Part shown: positions 9,023 to 18,302 of the stretch, piece by piece | How positions within the stretch are numbered: the stretch's first letter is position 1 | Layout: every line of letters begins with the position of its first letter | Origin: Actinomycetota bacterium | Lineage (GTDB): Bacteria > Actinomycetota > CADDZG01 > JAHWKV01 > JAOPZY01 | Assembly (NCBI GenBank): GCA_025963875.1 | Contig: JAOPZY010000072.1 | Coordinates: 1 to 33,932 of the forward strand | Direction: 5' to 3' | Length of the DNA: 33,932 nucleotides | Made by a program: the position numbers and the translations under genes | The notes under the pieces: model-generated | What the model was told of the DNA's origin: nothing | What the model saw: only the letters and a program-made list of their open reading frames with translations | Database searches by the model: none

Positions 9023-10755
9023 TTAGCTGCCGTTCCCCCCGTTCTGACTGAAGTCGAAGAGGTCGAAGAGGTCGCCCACGGCGGGGCCGTTGGTGGGAAC
9101 GTACGGGTTGGACGAAGCGGCCTTCGGGTTCGGGAGGTTGTCCCAGCTGCGATCGGAGAGCTTCGGCAGCCGCCAGTTGCGCTCGACGAACTTCGCGATC
9201 GAGGTGTGGTCGGCGTAGCTGTGCGACACGGCGCCCTTCTTGGCGAAGGGCGACACCGCCACCATGGGGATCCGGGTGCCGTCGCCGAAGAACGTCACCG
9301 GCGCCACGTAGCCGCTGTCGTAGTAGCCGCCGCCCTCGTCGAACGTGACGAGGATGGCCGTGTTCTTCCAGAGCTTCGGCTGGTTCTGCACCGACGTGAT
9401 GACGCTCTGGGTGAAGCCCTCGAACTGGGAGAGCGTGGAGTAGGCGGGGTGGCCGTCGTCCTGGGCGGGCTTCACGAACGACACCGCCGGCAGGTGGCCG
9501 CTGGCGACCTTGGCCTGGAAGTCGTTGTAGCCGCCGACGTTGCCGTGAGCGAGGTAGCTGGGGTAGGTGGCGTTGTACTGGAACGGGTTGCAGATGTCGC
9601 ACCAGTCGGCGGTGGGGTTGCCGTTGTTCCATCCCTCGCCGTAGTAGCCCCATGAGACCCCCTTCGCCGTCAGCGAGTCAGCGAGGCTCGGGAGGTGCTG
9701 CTGGATCGGCACCGTGAACGTGGAGGTCTGCGGGGTCCCGTTCGCCCGGTAGCCGGGGTTGTAGTTGTTGAGGATGTAGTAGGCGCCGGGAGCACAGTCG
9801 CCGCCCTTGAAGGCCTGGTTGGTGTTGGCCCAGGTGAGCACCGGTGCGACGCCCGGCTGCGACGGGTCGGAGCAGTTGGAGTAGCTGCCTCCCGCGTAGC
9901 CGTCCTGGGTGAAGTTGTTGTTCGTCCCCGGCTTCGGGTTGGGGTTCTCGATCTGGTTGGCACGGTGGGATCGCCGGTGGCGTTCTGGTAGAAGGCGTCG
10001 TCGGCCATGCCGATGGCGATGTGGTTGGCTCCTGTGCCACCTGCCACCGACTGGTGGTAGTTGTCCGACATTGCGTACTGGTCGGCCAGGGACTTGAAGA
10101 TGGGAGCATCGCCGGTCTGCATGTTGTAGAAGCCCATGGCGACGCCGCCCTGATTGATCGGAGCCGGCGGGATCGCCCCGTTGTCTTTGCCGGCGGTCTG
10201 GTCGTTCCAGACGAAGAGGTCGTTGCGGCCCTGGGCCATCTGCTGCTGCATCTGGTAGAAGCGGTGGGTCGGGTCACCGACGTAGTCGTTCTGGTACTCC
10301 GTGTACTTCGTGATCTGGAACGGTGCATTGGGCAGGTTCGCCGGGAATCGTGGGTCGGGGACGTTCGGGGGCTGGCCGATGGCCGAGGTCGTGTTCGGCT
10401 GGGGGAGCGGGTCGTAGGCACCCGTCCGCTGGGGATCGAGGCTGTAGGCGGCGGTGTCGCTCGCCGTGTGCTGGAGAGCGACCCCCGCGTTCGTGCCCGG
10501 CGTCCCGTCGGCGTTGACGATGCCCTTCGACAGCAGGTTGTCGATCGACTGGCCCGGCCCCGGCGCATAGGTGGCGTACACATTGTCGAAGCTGTGGTTC
10601 TCGCCGATGACGACGATGACGTGCTGGATGGGCGACGCGGTGTCCGACGCCGCCAGCGCCCCCGGCCCGCTCACCAGGAACGGGCCGCCGATGAGGAAGA
10701 GCCCGGCTGCCGCCGCGGCCCTGAGGCGTCGGGTGCGTGCCCGTCGTGCTGTCAT
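9023..10755 (-). pseudogene. Secreted phosphoesterase (phospholipase C/acid phosphatase AcpA family), frameshifted near 9960
   Basis: N-half has IQHVIVVIGENHSFDN, GDPTHRFYQM and GGTGANH; C-half in another frame has DDGHPAYS, TFDEGGGYYD and GDGTRIP. Junction reads GTG CC AAC CAG ATC GAG AAC. AAGGAGG RBS and Arg-rich signal peptide at 10755. Confidence 0.85.
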
Positions 10756-11001
10756 CCGGTCCTCCTTCGATTGACGATCCACGGATCGGCGTGTGGGCGC
10801 GGGGGAGCGCCCCTGGCCTCGCACACGCTAGATGTCCCAGATGAACTGATCGGGACGACCACGTGAAGGGGTTGGGAACGCTGCATGAATTTCTGGTTTC
10901 AGACCACTTTCAGCCCACCAGGGGGCGCCGAAAGGCTGGGGTCCCGGAGAAACGGGGTATCCTAGTCGACGTAGTGCCCAATCGAGCTGGGAGGACCGAA
11001 A

Positions 11002-11361
11002 TTGGACGCCAGGACTGAGACCATCGAAACCCAGCCGCAGGTGATCAACCTCACCGAGACGGCAGCGAAGAAGGTACGCCAGCTCCTGGACCAGGAGGGC
11101 AATACCGAGTTCTTCCTCCGCGTGGCCGTGCAGCCCGGTGGCTGCTCGGGTCTGCGCTACTCGCTGTACTTCGACGACCGGGCCATGGACGGCGACGTCG
11201 AAACCGTCACCGACGGCGTCCCCGTGCGCGTGGACCGAATGTCGGCCCCCTACCTCCGAGGGTGCCGCGTCGATTGGCTGGAGACCCTGCAGCAGTCCGG
11301 CTTCACCATCGACAACCCGAACGTCCACGGTACGTGCGCTTGCGGAGACTCGTTCCACTAG
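11002..11361 (+). CDS. Fe-S cluster assembly accessory protein (HesB/IscA/ErpA family)
   Basis: GGCSG and CACGDSF motifs; GGAGG RBS before TTG. Confidence 0.93.
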   Translation: MDARTETIETQPQVINLTETAAKKVRQLLDQEGNTEFFLRVAVQPGGCSGLRYSLYFDDRAMDGDVETVTDGVPVRVDRMSAPYLRGCRVDWLETLQQSGFTIDNPNVHGTCACGDSFH

Positions 11362-11397
11362 GCACCGAGTCTCCGTAGCCCCACACCAGAGCTCCGT

Positions 11398-11425
11398 TCG
11401 CCGGGCACCCCAAAGTGCCCGGCGA
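11398..11425 (+). terminator. Probable terminator hairpin
   Basis: Perfect 11-bp stem TCGCCGGGCAC-CCCAAA-GTGCCCGGCGA downstream of the IscA-like gene; weak U-tail. Confidence 0.55.
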
Positions 11426-11479
11426 TTCGCGTCTGCCCTTCCTCCGAGGACCCCAAGCCCCGAAACTGGAGAACCCAAC

Positions 11480-12484
11480 ATGAACGTGACGGCTTCCGTG
11501 GTGGGGAGCTACCCCAAACCACCACACGAGGGTCAACCCTTCCGGCTCCGCTCGGCAATCGCCGCCCGGGAACGCGGTGAGATCTCCGCCGCCGATCTGG
11601 AGGGCGTCCAGGACGATCTGGTCGAGGAGTTGATCCGCGAGCAGGTCGGCGCCGGCATCGACCTCGTCACCGATGGCCACGCCCGGTGGCCCGACGCCCA
11701 GACCCCCCTTGCCGCAGGCCTGGAAGGCTTCACCATGGCCCACGACGACCTGATCCGCTACTTCGACAACAACACCTACTACCGCCGCCCGCATGTCACC
11801 GGGCCGGTGCGCTGGAGGCAACCGATCACCGTGGAGGCCTGGCGCTTCGCCTCCGGCGTCGCCGCCCGCCCGGTCAAGCAGACCCTGACCGGGCCGTACT
11901 CGCTCGTGAAGCTCTCCAGGAACGAATACTACGAGGACGAGGCGGAGCTCGTACTCGACGTCGCCCGGGCGCTGAACGCCGAGGCTCGGGCTCTGGAGGC
12001 GGCCGGCGCAACGTACCTGCAGTTCGACGAGCCGGCGCTCGTGGCCCATCCCAGCGCGGCGCAGCATCCGAAGGACTTCGGGTTGGCGTTCGAGGCGGCA
12101 GCCGTCGCCGTCGACGGTCTCGGCCTCACGACGGAGCTCCGCACCTTCTTCGGTGGCGTGGAGGAGGCCCCCGAAGACTTCTTCGCGCTGCCGTTCGGCG
12201 TCTTCGGGCTCGACTTCGTCGACGGCGCTTCGAACTGGGACCTGGTGGCCGGCCTGCCGCTGGACCGGCGCCTGTCGGCGGGCCTGCTCGACGGCCGGAC
12301 GACGGCGCTGGAGTCGCTCGACTCGCTCCGGGACCAGATCCGGCGCCTCTCGGAGCTGACGGCGAGGGAGCGGCTGGAGGTGACGCCGTCCTGCGGACTC
12401 GAGTATCTGCCGCGTGACCGGGCGCAGCGCAAGCTCTGCCGTCTCGGCGAGGCCGTGCGGGCCGCGGCCGGTGTGGCGGTTTGA
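11480..12484 (+). CDS. Cobalamin-independent methionine synthase, N-terminal-half-like subunit (split MetE)
   Basis: VVGSYPK, QVGAGIDLVTDG, RYFDNNTYYRRP, LTGPYSL, QFDEP; the Zn HxC motif is replaced by RTFFG. ATG 11480 with GGAG RBS. Confidence 0.8.
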   Translation: MNVTASVVGSYPKPPHEGQPFRLRSAIAARERGEISAADLEGVQDDLVEELIREQVGAGIDLVTDGHARWPDAQTPLAAGLEGFTMAHDDLIRYFDNNTYYRRPHVTGPVRWRQPITVEAWRFASGVAARPVKQTLTGPYSLVKLSRNEYYEDEAELVLDVARALNAEARALEAAGATYLQFDEPALVAHPSAAQHPKDFGLAFEAAAVAVDGLGLTTELRTFFGGVEEAPEDFFALPFGVFGLDFVDGASNWDLVAGLPLDRRLSAGLLDGRTTALESLDSLRDQIRRLSELTARERLEVTPSCGLEYLPRDRAQRKLCRLGEAVRAAAGVAV

Positions 12485-13461
12485 AAAGGGAGTCGGTGAA
12501 CGGCCAGCTATTGATGACGCAGGTAGGGTCCCTGCCGAAGCCCGGCTACATCCTGGAGGCCCGGGCGAAGGCGCATCGGGGTGAGCTGCCCGCCGCCGAG
12601 CTCGAGGAGCTGGAGCGTCGAGCCACCCGGGAGTGGATCGAGTTCCAGGACGAGCTCGGCGTCGACATCCTCGTCGACGGCGAGATGTACCGGGGCGACA
12701 TGGTCGCCTACTTCGCCGAGCACCTCACGGGCTTCGAGGAGGGGGGTCTGGTCCGGGCCTACGGGAACCGCTACTACCGCAAGCCGATCGCCACGGGGCC
12801 GGTCGCCCGGCCGGCGCCGATCACCGTGGACTGGTGGCGCTACGCCCAGTCGCTGACGCAGCGCCCGGTGAAGGGGATGCTGACCGGGCCCTACACGATC
12901 TGCGACTGGTCGTTCAACGAGCACTACCCAAGCCGGGAGGAGTTCGTGCTGGCCGTTGCGGAGGCGATCGCCGAGGAGGCGCGGGCCCTTGCGTCCGCAG
13001 GGTGCCGGTACATCCAGATCGACGAGCCGGCGGTCTCGACGCGCATGGACGAGCTCGACCTCGCGATCCGGGGTCTTGCCGTCGTGACCGAGGGGCTGGA
13101 GGCGACAACCCTGACCCACATCTGCTACGGCGACTTCTCCCGCGCCTATCCCAAGCTCCTGGAGCTGCCGGTGGATGTGATCGACCTCGAGCTGGCCAAC
13201 TCGAACTACGACCTGCTCGACGATTTCCGCAGGCACCCCTTCACCAAGGTCCTCGGGCTCGGCGTCGTGGACTCGCACTCCGCCCGGATCGAGTCGGTGG
13301 AGGAGGTCGCCGCCGGGATCCGCCGGGCGCTGGAGCTGATTCCGGCGAGCAGTATCCAGGTCGACCCCGACTGCGGGCTCAAGACCCGAACCGTCGAGGA
13401 GGCCAAGGCCAAGCTACGGGTGATCCGGCAGGCCATCGACGTGGTGCGCTCCGAGCTGTAG
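12481..13461 (+). CDS. Cobalamin-independent methionine synthase, catalytic C-terminal-half subunit
   Basis: VGSLPKP, DGEMYRGDMV, KGMLTGPYT, IQIDEPA, Zn ligands HICYG and PDCGLKTR; overlaps the preceding stop. Confidence 0.88.
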   Translation: MKRESVNGQLLMTQVGSLPKPGYILEARAKAHRGELPAAELEELERRATREWIEFQDELGVDILVDGEMYRGDMVAYFAEHLTGFEEGGLVRAYGNRYYRKPIATGPVARPAPITVDWWRYAQSLTQRPVKGMLTGPYTICDWSFNEHYPSREEFVLAVAEAIAEEARALASAGCRYIQIDEPAVSTRMDELDLAIRGLAVVTEGLEATTLTHICYGDFSRAYPKLLELPVDVIDLELANSNYDLLDDFRRHPFTKVLGLGVVDSHSARIESVEEVAAGIRRALELIPASSIQVDPDCGLKTRTVEEAKAKLRVIRQAIDVVRSEL

Positions 13462-14016
13462 GGCCGCCGCGAGCGTGCCCGGGGGCAGGTGGTCCACGGC
13501 GATCGGCGCAGCGGGAGCACCAATGCCCGGGGCGAGTTCCCGCTGGAACCAGCCCACGTCGTGCCAGGCCCCCAGCTTCCAGCCCAGCTTCTCCTGGACC
13601 CCGGTGAGCCGGAACCCGCAAGCCTCGTGGAGGGCGACGCTCGCAGGATTCGGCAGGGCGACTCCCGCAAGCGCCTGCCGGTAGCCCTGGCGGGCCAGCA
13701 CATCGAGCAGGGACCGGTAGAGGACCCTCCCGAGGCCGGCGCCGCGGTGGTCGGCGTCCAGGTAGACGCTCGTCTCCACCGACCACCGGTAGGCGGGCCG
13801 CGGCTGGAACTGGCGGCCGTAGGCATAGCCGGCCACGCCGCTGCCGTCGGTCAGCACCAGCCACGGGTAGGTGGGCAGCACCGCCGTGATCCGGGCGACC
13901 ATCTCCTCGGCGGTCGGAGGCTCGAGCTCGAAGCTGATCGGGGTCGAGACGACGACCGGGGCGTAGATCGCGCGGATGGCGACGGCGTCGGCGGGAGTTG
14001 CGAGCCGGATCTGCAT
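13414..14016 (-). CDS. GNAT N-acetyltransferase (phosphinothricin acetyltransferase/ArsN-like)
   Basis: ISFELEPP, AYRWSVETSVY, PNPASVALHEACGF, GWKLGAWHDVGW; apparently leaderless. Confidence 0.88.
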   Translation of the reverse strand: MQIRLATPADAVAIRAIYAPVVVSTPISFELEPPTAEEMVARITAVLPTYPWLVLTDGSGVAGYAYGRQFQPRPAYRWSVETSVYLDADHRGAGLGRVLYRSLLDVLARQGYRQALAGVALPNPASVALHEACGFRLTGVQEKLGWKLGAWHDVGWFQRELAPGIGAPAAPIAVDHLPPGTLAAALQLGAHHVDGLPDHP

Positions 14017-14073
14017 CGGCAGAACGATAGGCGAGGGACGGGGGGAAGTTTGTTACCGTGCCGTGTCATCGCC

Positions 14074-14898
14074 TTGAACCTGCACCGGACTGCTGCGGCC
14101 GCCGCGGTGGGGATGCTCTTCCTCGCTGGGGCCTGCGCCTCCCCGCTGAAGCCGGTGGTGGCGCCGGCCTCCCCGATGTCCACCACTCCGGCTCCGGTGC
14201 CTTCCGCCGTGCCGGCGCCCCAGGCAACCACCTCCCAGCCCAAACTGACCACAAGGCCCGCGGCCGCCCGGTGTCCCACGACGCTGGCGAGCGAGCTGGC
14301 GAGGACTGCGGGCGCCGCCCAGCTCATCACCGTTACCGCACCCGCCCCGGGTGCGACCTCGGCCAGCATCAGCCTCTGGCAGCGATCCGGCGGCTGCTGG
14401 TCCCTGGTGGCCGGGCCGTGGCCGGCCCGGGTGGGAGGCACCGGCGTTTCCGACCATCACCGCGAGGGCGACGGCTCAACCCCCGCCGGCCTCTACGGCA
14501 TCGGCCCCGTGATGTACGGGCTCGCCGCCGATCCCGGCGTCCGCTACGCGTACCACCGGCTTGCCTGCGGTGACTGGTGGGACGAGGACCCTGCCTCTCC
14601 GACCTACAACACGTTCCAGCACGTCGCCTGCAACGCCACACCTCCCTTCAAGGGCAAGAGCGAGGCCCTCTGGCAGGCGACCACCGCGTACCAGCATTTC
14701 GCGGTCGTCGACTACAACGCTCATCCCGTCATCCCCGGGGCCGGGTCGGCGGTGTTCCTCCACGACGACACCGGCAGGCCCACCATCGGTTGCGTCAGCG
14801 TGGCATCTGCGAGTCTCATCCGGCTGCTCCAATGGCTCGACCCGTCGCAGTCGCCGGTGATTGTGATCGGCACCGAAGCGGAGATCCGCCGCTTCTAA
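14074..14898 (+). CDS. L,D-transpeptidase (YkuD)-family lipoprotein
   Basis: Lipobox LAGAC, EGDGSTPAG and SAVFLH...PTIGCV catalytic motif. Start uncertain (TTG 14074). Confidence 0.8.
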   Translation: MNLHRTAAAAAVGMLFLAGACASPLKPVVAPASPMSTTPAPVPSAVPAPQATTSQPKLTTRPAAARCPTTLASELARTAGAAQLITVTAPAPGATSASISLWQRSGGCWSLVAGPWPARVGGTGVSDHHREGDGSTPAGLYGIGPVMYGLAADPGVRYAYHRLACGDWWDEDPASPTYNTFQHVACNATPPFKGKSEALWQATTAYQHFAVVDYNAHPVIPGAGSAVFLHDDTGRPTIGCVSVASASLIRLLQWLDPSQSPVIVIGTEAEIRRF

Positions 14899-14935
14899 AG
14901 GCTCATACTGTGCGGAACTTGTGAGGAGGCCATCC

Positions 14936-15391
14936 GTGCCCAACTACTGGATCATCGTCGGCAGCCCCGACAACTTCGAGAAGACCAAGGAGCTCGGCTT
15001 CAGCATCCAAGGCATGAAGACCCGCCAGCGGAGGAAGGCCGAGCGCATGGACGCCGGGGACCAGTTCGTCTGGTACATCACCGGCGACCAGGCCTTCGCC
15101 GGCTATGCCACGATCACCGGTCCATCCTTCGAGGACCACGACCTCATCTGGTCGTCGGGCAAGAAGAAGGACGAGGACTACCCGTGGCGGGTGCCGATCG
15201 GCAAGGAGGTGGCCCTCCCGCGCGATGGCTGGGTCCCGGCCGAGGGCCTCGCCCGGAAAATGACATACGTGCAGAAATGGCCGGCGGAGCACTGGCGGCT
15301 GGCGTTCCAGGGCAACGTCCACGAGATCCCCGAGAGCGACTTCGAGATCCTCCGCTCCGAGATTGACAAGGCGGCCAGCCAAGCTGCCTGA
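14936..15391 (+). CDS. EVE domain-containing protein
   Basis: NYWIIVGSPDNF...GDQFVWYITG...YPWRV...WRLAFQG...IPESDFEIL; GAGGAGG RBS before GTG 14936. Confidence 0.85.
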   Translation: MPNYWIIVGSPDNFEKTKELGFSIQGMKTRQRRKAERMDAGDQFVWYITGDQAFAGYATITGPSFEDHDLIWSSGKKKDEDYPWRVPIGKEVALPRDGWVPAEGLARKMTYVQKWPAEHWRLAFQGNVHEIPESDFEILRSEIDKAASQAA

Positions 15392-15613
15392 GGTGCCTCG
15401 GGCATCGTGACGCCCCCCTGCATCCAAAGCTGGTGAACTTTTCCGTTCTGAACAGGGTGTCGCGAGATTCCACCCTCGGGCCTTGTCTCATCCGATGTCG
15501 TCACGTCGATGTCGGGGACGACTATCGGTACTGCTCACGGAACGTGGCCAGCCCACCCGTTTGTGCCCGACCTTTTCCGACCAATTGGCCGGTTTCCCGC
15601 CCGGTGCCCGCAC

Positions 15614-15658
15614 TCTGTGGTTGTTTCACCGCGTATTGCGCGGTGAAACAACCACAGA
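15614..15658. repeat. Perfect 20-bp inverted repeat (REP-like palindrome)
   Basis: TCTGTGGTTGTTTCACCGCG-TATTG-CGCGGTGAAACAACCACAGA. Confidence 0.9.
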
Positions 15659-15844
15659 AATCTCACAGCATTGGCGGGAACGCCGTAGGGCCGGACGATC
15701 CACCACTCAGAGTGCTGAATGGCATCCACTCTGGGATTCGACCCGCCATTCTGCAACAGCCTCTGAAGCCCGGTTTTTCATCCCACTTCGCAAAAACCCG
15801 TCTCAGGCGTGGGGCTGGCCATGTGGAGGCAGAGAGAAGACGAG

Positions 15845-15919
15845 GGTGACCGAGGGGAGTCGAACCCCCGACCTTCGGGACCACAACCCGACGCTCTAAC
15901 CAGTTGAGCTACGGCCACC
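15845..15919 (-). tRNA. tRNA-His (GUG)
   Basis: Minus strand GGTGGCCGTAGCTCAACTGGTTAGAGCGTCGGGTTGTGGTCCCGAAGGTCGGGGGTTCGACTCCCCTCGGTCACC: cloverleaf, GTG anticodon, G-1, no encoded CCA; TACCAT -10 upstream (15953-15948). Confidence 0.96.
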
Positions 15920-16001
15920 AAGCTGCGGATGCAAGCTCCGCTTGACGATGGTAGCACTTGCCCCCGACGCGGCCGCGTGCGGGCCGGGTAGCCTGCCGGG
16001 C

Positions 16002-17255
16002 ATGAGCGAGCGCGCCGACGTCGTGGTTGTGGGGGGTGGCATCATCGGCTGCGGGATCGCGGCCGAGCTCGCCTCCCGGGGGACGTCGGTGGTCCTGCTG
16101 GAGCGGTCCCAGATCGGCGCCGGGGCCTCCGGCCGCAACCACGGCCTGATGTTCCGGCCCGAGGACCCCGTCCTCGAACCCTTGGCACGCGTCTCGTCAG
16201 GCATGTACGCGGCGCTTGCCGCAGAGAGCCCCGTCGACCTTTCGCTGGACCGCGCCGCGCGCGGGCTGGTGATCGTTGCCTGCAAGGACTCGGACTGGCC
16301 GGCGGCGGAGCGGGAGGCGGAGGCAGCGGCCCGCGCGGGCTCCGCGGTGCAACGGCTCGACGAGGCGGCCTTGCGGGAGGCCGAGCCCGCCCTCTCCCCG
16401 GGGCGTCCCGGCGGGTTCCTCATCGACGACGGATTCCGGGTCGACCCCGCCGCCCTCACCCTCGCCTACGCCGAGCAGGCGCGCGCCGCGGGGGCGCAAA
16501 TCTGGACGAACACCGAGGTGAAGCAGATCCTGCTCCATGCCGGCGTCGTGCAGGGCGTGGCGACCGATGCCGGAGTCGTCGCGGCCCCGACGGTGGTGAA
16601 CGCGGCAGGGCCGTGGGCGGCCAAGCTTGCCAGGACCGCCCGGGCGGACGTCCCGGCTGTCCCAATCGGCGGCGTGCGGGGCTGGTTGCTGCTGACCGAG
16701 CCCCGACCCGGCCTGATGCGCCATCTGGTCGTCTCGGCCGGCTGGCACCAGGCCCCGGGGGAGGGGGGAGCCGGCGGGGTGACCGTCGGCAGCATCGCCG
16801 CCGGAGGAACGACGGGCACGACGGGCACGGACGGTACGACCGGCCGGCAACTCGGCTCGCTGGTCCAGCAGAACCGGGATGGCCATCTCCTGCTCGGCGG
16901 GTCTCGGGAGCCGGCCCTGAGCGAGGAGCCCCTTGGCGCCGATAGCGGCGTCGGCGTCGTGGCGCAGATCGCCCGGCGGGCGGCGGCCCTCGTGCCGGCC
17001 CTCTGCGAGCTCAGCGTTACCGGAGCCTGGTCCGGCGTCCGGCCCACCAGCCCCGACGGCCTCCCGATCATCGGGTGGGTCCCCGCCGTCGCCGGTCTGT
17101 TCGTCGCCGGCGGCCACGGGGGAGCCGGCGTGGTGCTCGGCGGAGGCACCGCCCGTCTGGCAGCTCAGCTCCTCACGGGGGAGGCGCCGTTCACCGATCC
17201 GGCTCCCTTCGACCCCGCCCGGTTCGTCCCAGATCCCAGCCTTTCGAGCGACTAA
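16002..17255 (+). CDS. FAD-dependent oxidoreductase, DAO/glycine oxidase family
   Basis: VVVVGGGIIG, GAGASGRNHG, VVNAAGPW, WSGVRPTSPDGLPIIG; apparently leaderless ATG (TAGCCT-7 nt). Confidence 0.9.
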   Translation: MSERADVVVVGGGIIGCGIAAELASRGTSVVLLERSQIGAGASGRNHGLMFRPEDPVLEPLARVSSGMYAALAAESPVDLSLDRAARGLVIVACKDSDWPAAEREAEAAARAGSAVQRLDEAALREAEPALSPGRPGGFLIDDGFRVDPAALTLAYAEQARAAGAQIWTNTEVKQILLHAGVVQGVATDAGVVAAPTVVNAAGPWAAKLARTARADVPAVPIGGVRGWLLLTEPRPGLMRHLVVSAGWHQAPGEGGAGGVTVGSIAAGGTTGTTGTDGTTGRQLGSLVQQNRDGHLLLGGSREPALSEEPLGADSGVGVVAQIARRAAALVPALCELSVTGAWSGVRPTSPDGLPIIGWVPAVAGLFVAGGHGGAGVVLGGGTARLAAQLLTGEAPFTDPAPFDPARFVPDPSLSSD

Positions 17256-17429
17256 GGTGATTTACGGATGCCCCGGCTACGTACTCGTACGGATGAGGCA
17301 TTCCAAAAAGGACTAGTGGTTTTTACAGGCTGGTATTTTTCGCCTCGTCTGCCGATCATCAATAGGGAGAGCCGGGAAGAATGAGCCCGTGCGGATTTCA
17401 CCCATTGAGATTGAAAGAAGGGGAGTCCC

Positions 17430-17852
17430 GTGCCGGACCTAACTATCGACAATTGTCCCACCTGTGGCATGCCCGTCGAAATCCTCGAGCGCACCGACAC
17501 CGAGGTCATCGCTCGCTGCATCCTCTTGCATGACTTCACCATCCCGATCAAGCCAGCCGACGTCCGCCTGCCGGAACCGGTCCCTGTCGCTCCTGTGATC
17601 CCGTTCCGGGCTCCCAAGGCGTCGACGCGACCCGAGTGGGCGCGCCGCATGGCGTGGTTTGCCTTCGGCGCCCTGGCCGCCCTCCTGCTGCTCCAGGCTC
17701 CGGCGGCCGCGATCATCCTCATCCCCTTGAGCATTCCCCTCATCGCCATCGAGTCGGCCCGCAAGTCGTGGCGCCCCCTCGCCCCCAAGGGGAGAGCGGC
17801 GGAGTCCCGTGACGCCGGTACGGGTGCGAACGTGGATCGCAAGGCCGCCTGA
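17430..17852 (+). CDS. Hypothetical membrane protein with N-terminal CxxC...CxxxH putative Zn site
   Basis: CPTCG...RCILLH followed by a hydrophobic hairpin; GGGGAG RBS. Confidence 0.65.
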   Translation: MPDLTIDNCPTCGMPVEILERTDTEVIARCILLHDFTIPIKPADVRLPEPVPVAPVIPFRAPKASTRPEWARRMAWFAFGALAALLLLQAPAAAIILIPLSIPLIAIESARKSWRPLAPKGRAAESRDAGTGANVDRKAA

Positions 17853-18017
17853 CCAACGGCCAGATCCGCCAGCTTCAACAGCCACTCGAGTTCCAGCCTT
17901 GATGGCGGCGGTCAGCCCTTTCGGCGCGGATTTCTCTGCGTACTTCGTGCCGTTGCCCGTGGAAACAAACCCTCCTCGCCCCCTTCTTCTGTCGCGTGGG
18001 AAGTGGTAGACTGCCGA

Positions 18018-18168
18018 TTGTCCGTTTTACCGAGAAACGCGGTAAAGGACTCCCGCTGACACAGCCAGCGGTGCAAGTTCTTGGTGGTGGCCTGGGAGGG
18101 GGCGGAGCCGACCCCCCCGTCCTCTCCCCGATCCACCCAGCCCCCAACCCGGGGCCCAGGTCAACACC
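18018..18168 (+). ncRNA. Candidate 6C-like structured small RNA
   Basis: TGgTAGACT extended -10 (18004-18012), two hairpins, then an outer stem GGTGGTGGCCTGGG/CCCAGGTCAACACC enclosing two stems with C-rich loops. Confidence 0.45.
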
Positions 18169-18243
18169 TCCCGAAACGGCAACAACGTCCTCTTCGTCAG
18201 GCCACTTAAGTTCATTACCCCCGTGTAAAAGCCTCAAAGATCG

Positions 18244-18252
18244 TGGTAAAGT
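18244..18252 (+). promoter_or_regulatory. Extended -10 promoter of the sulfate assimilation operon
   Basis: TGgTAAAGT about 50 nt upstream of sat. Confidence 0.5.
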
Positions 18253-18302
18253 CCACCGAGGCTGTCCGATCGGGTGGCTGACAACCACGTGCGGGAGCTG
18301 AC

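Noticed and set aside
9950..9965. Programmed ribosomal frameshift in the phosphoesterase
   Set aside because: No slippery heptamer or homopolymer at the junction.
11362..11479. SAM or cobalamin riboswitch before the methionine synthase genes
   Set aside because: Only a simple hairpin; no SAM-I, SAM-IV or B12-box core sequences.
15400..15840. CRISPR array or protein-coding ORFs (15433..15849, 15483..15899)
   Set aside because: No repeated unit with spacers; the ORFs have atypical composition and run into the tRNA.
15845..15870. tRNA-His as an integration site for a prophage or ICE
   Set aside because: No duplicate of its 3' end and no integrase seen in the window.
17912..17985. Short minus-strand peptide (LFPRATARSTQRNPRRKG) after GAGGAGG, or a c-di-GMP riboswitch
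   Set aside because: SD-to-start spacing is too short and the riboswitch core is incomplete.
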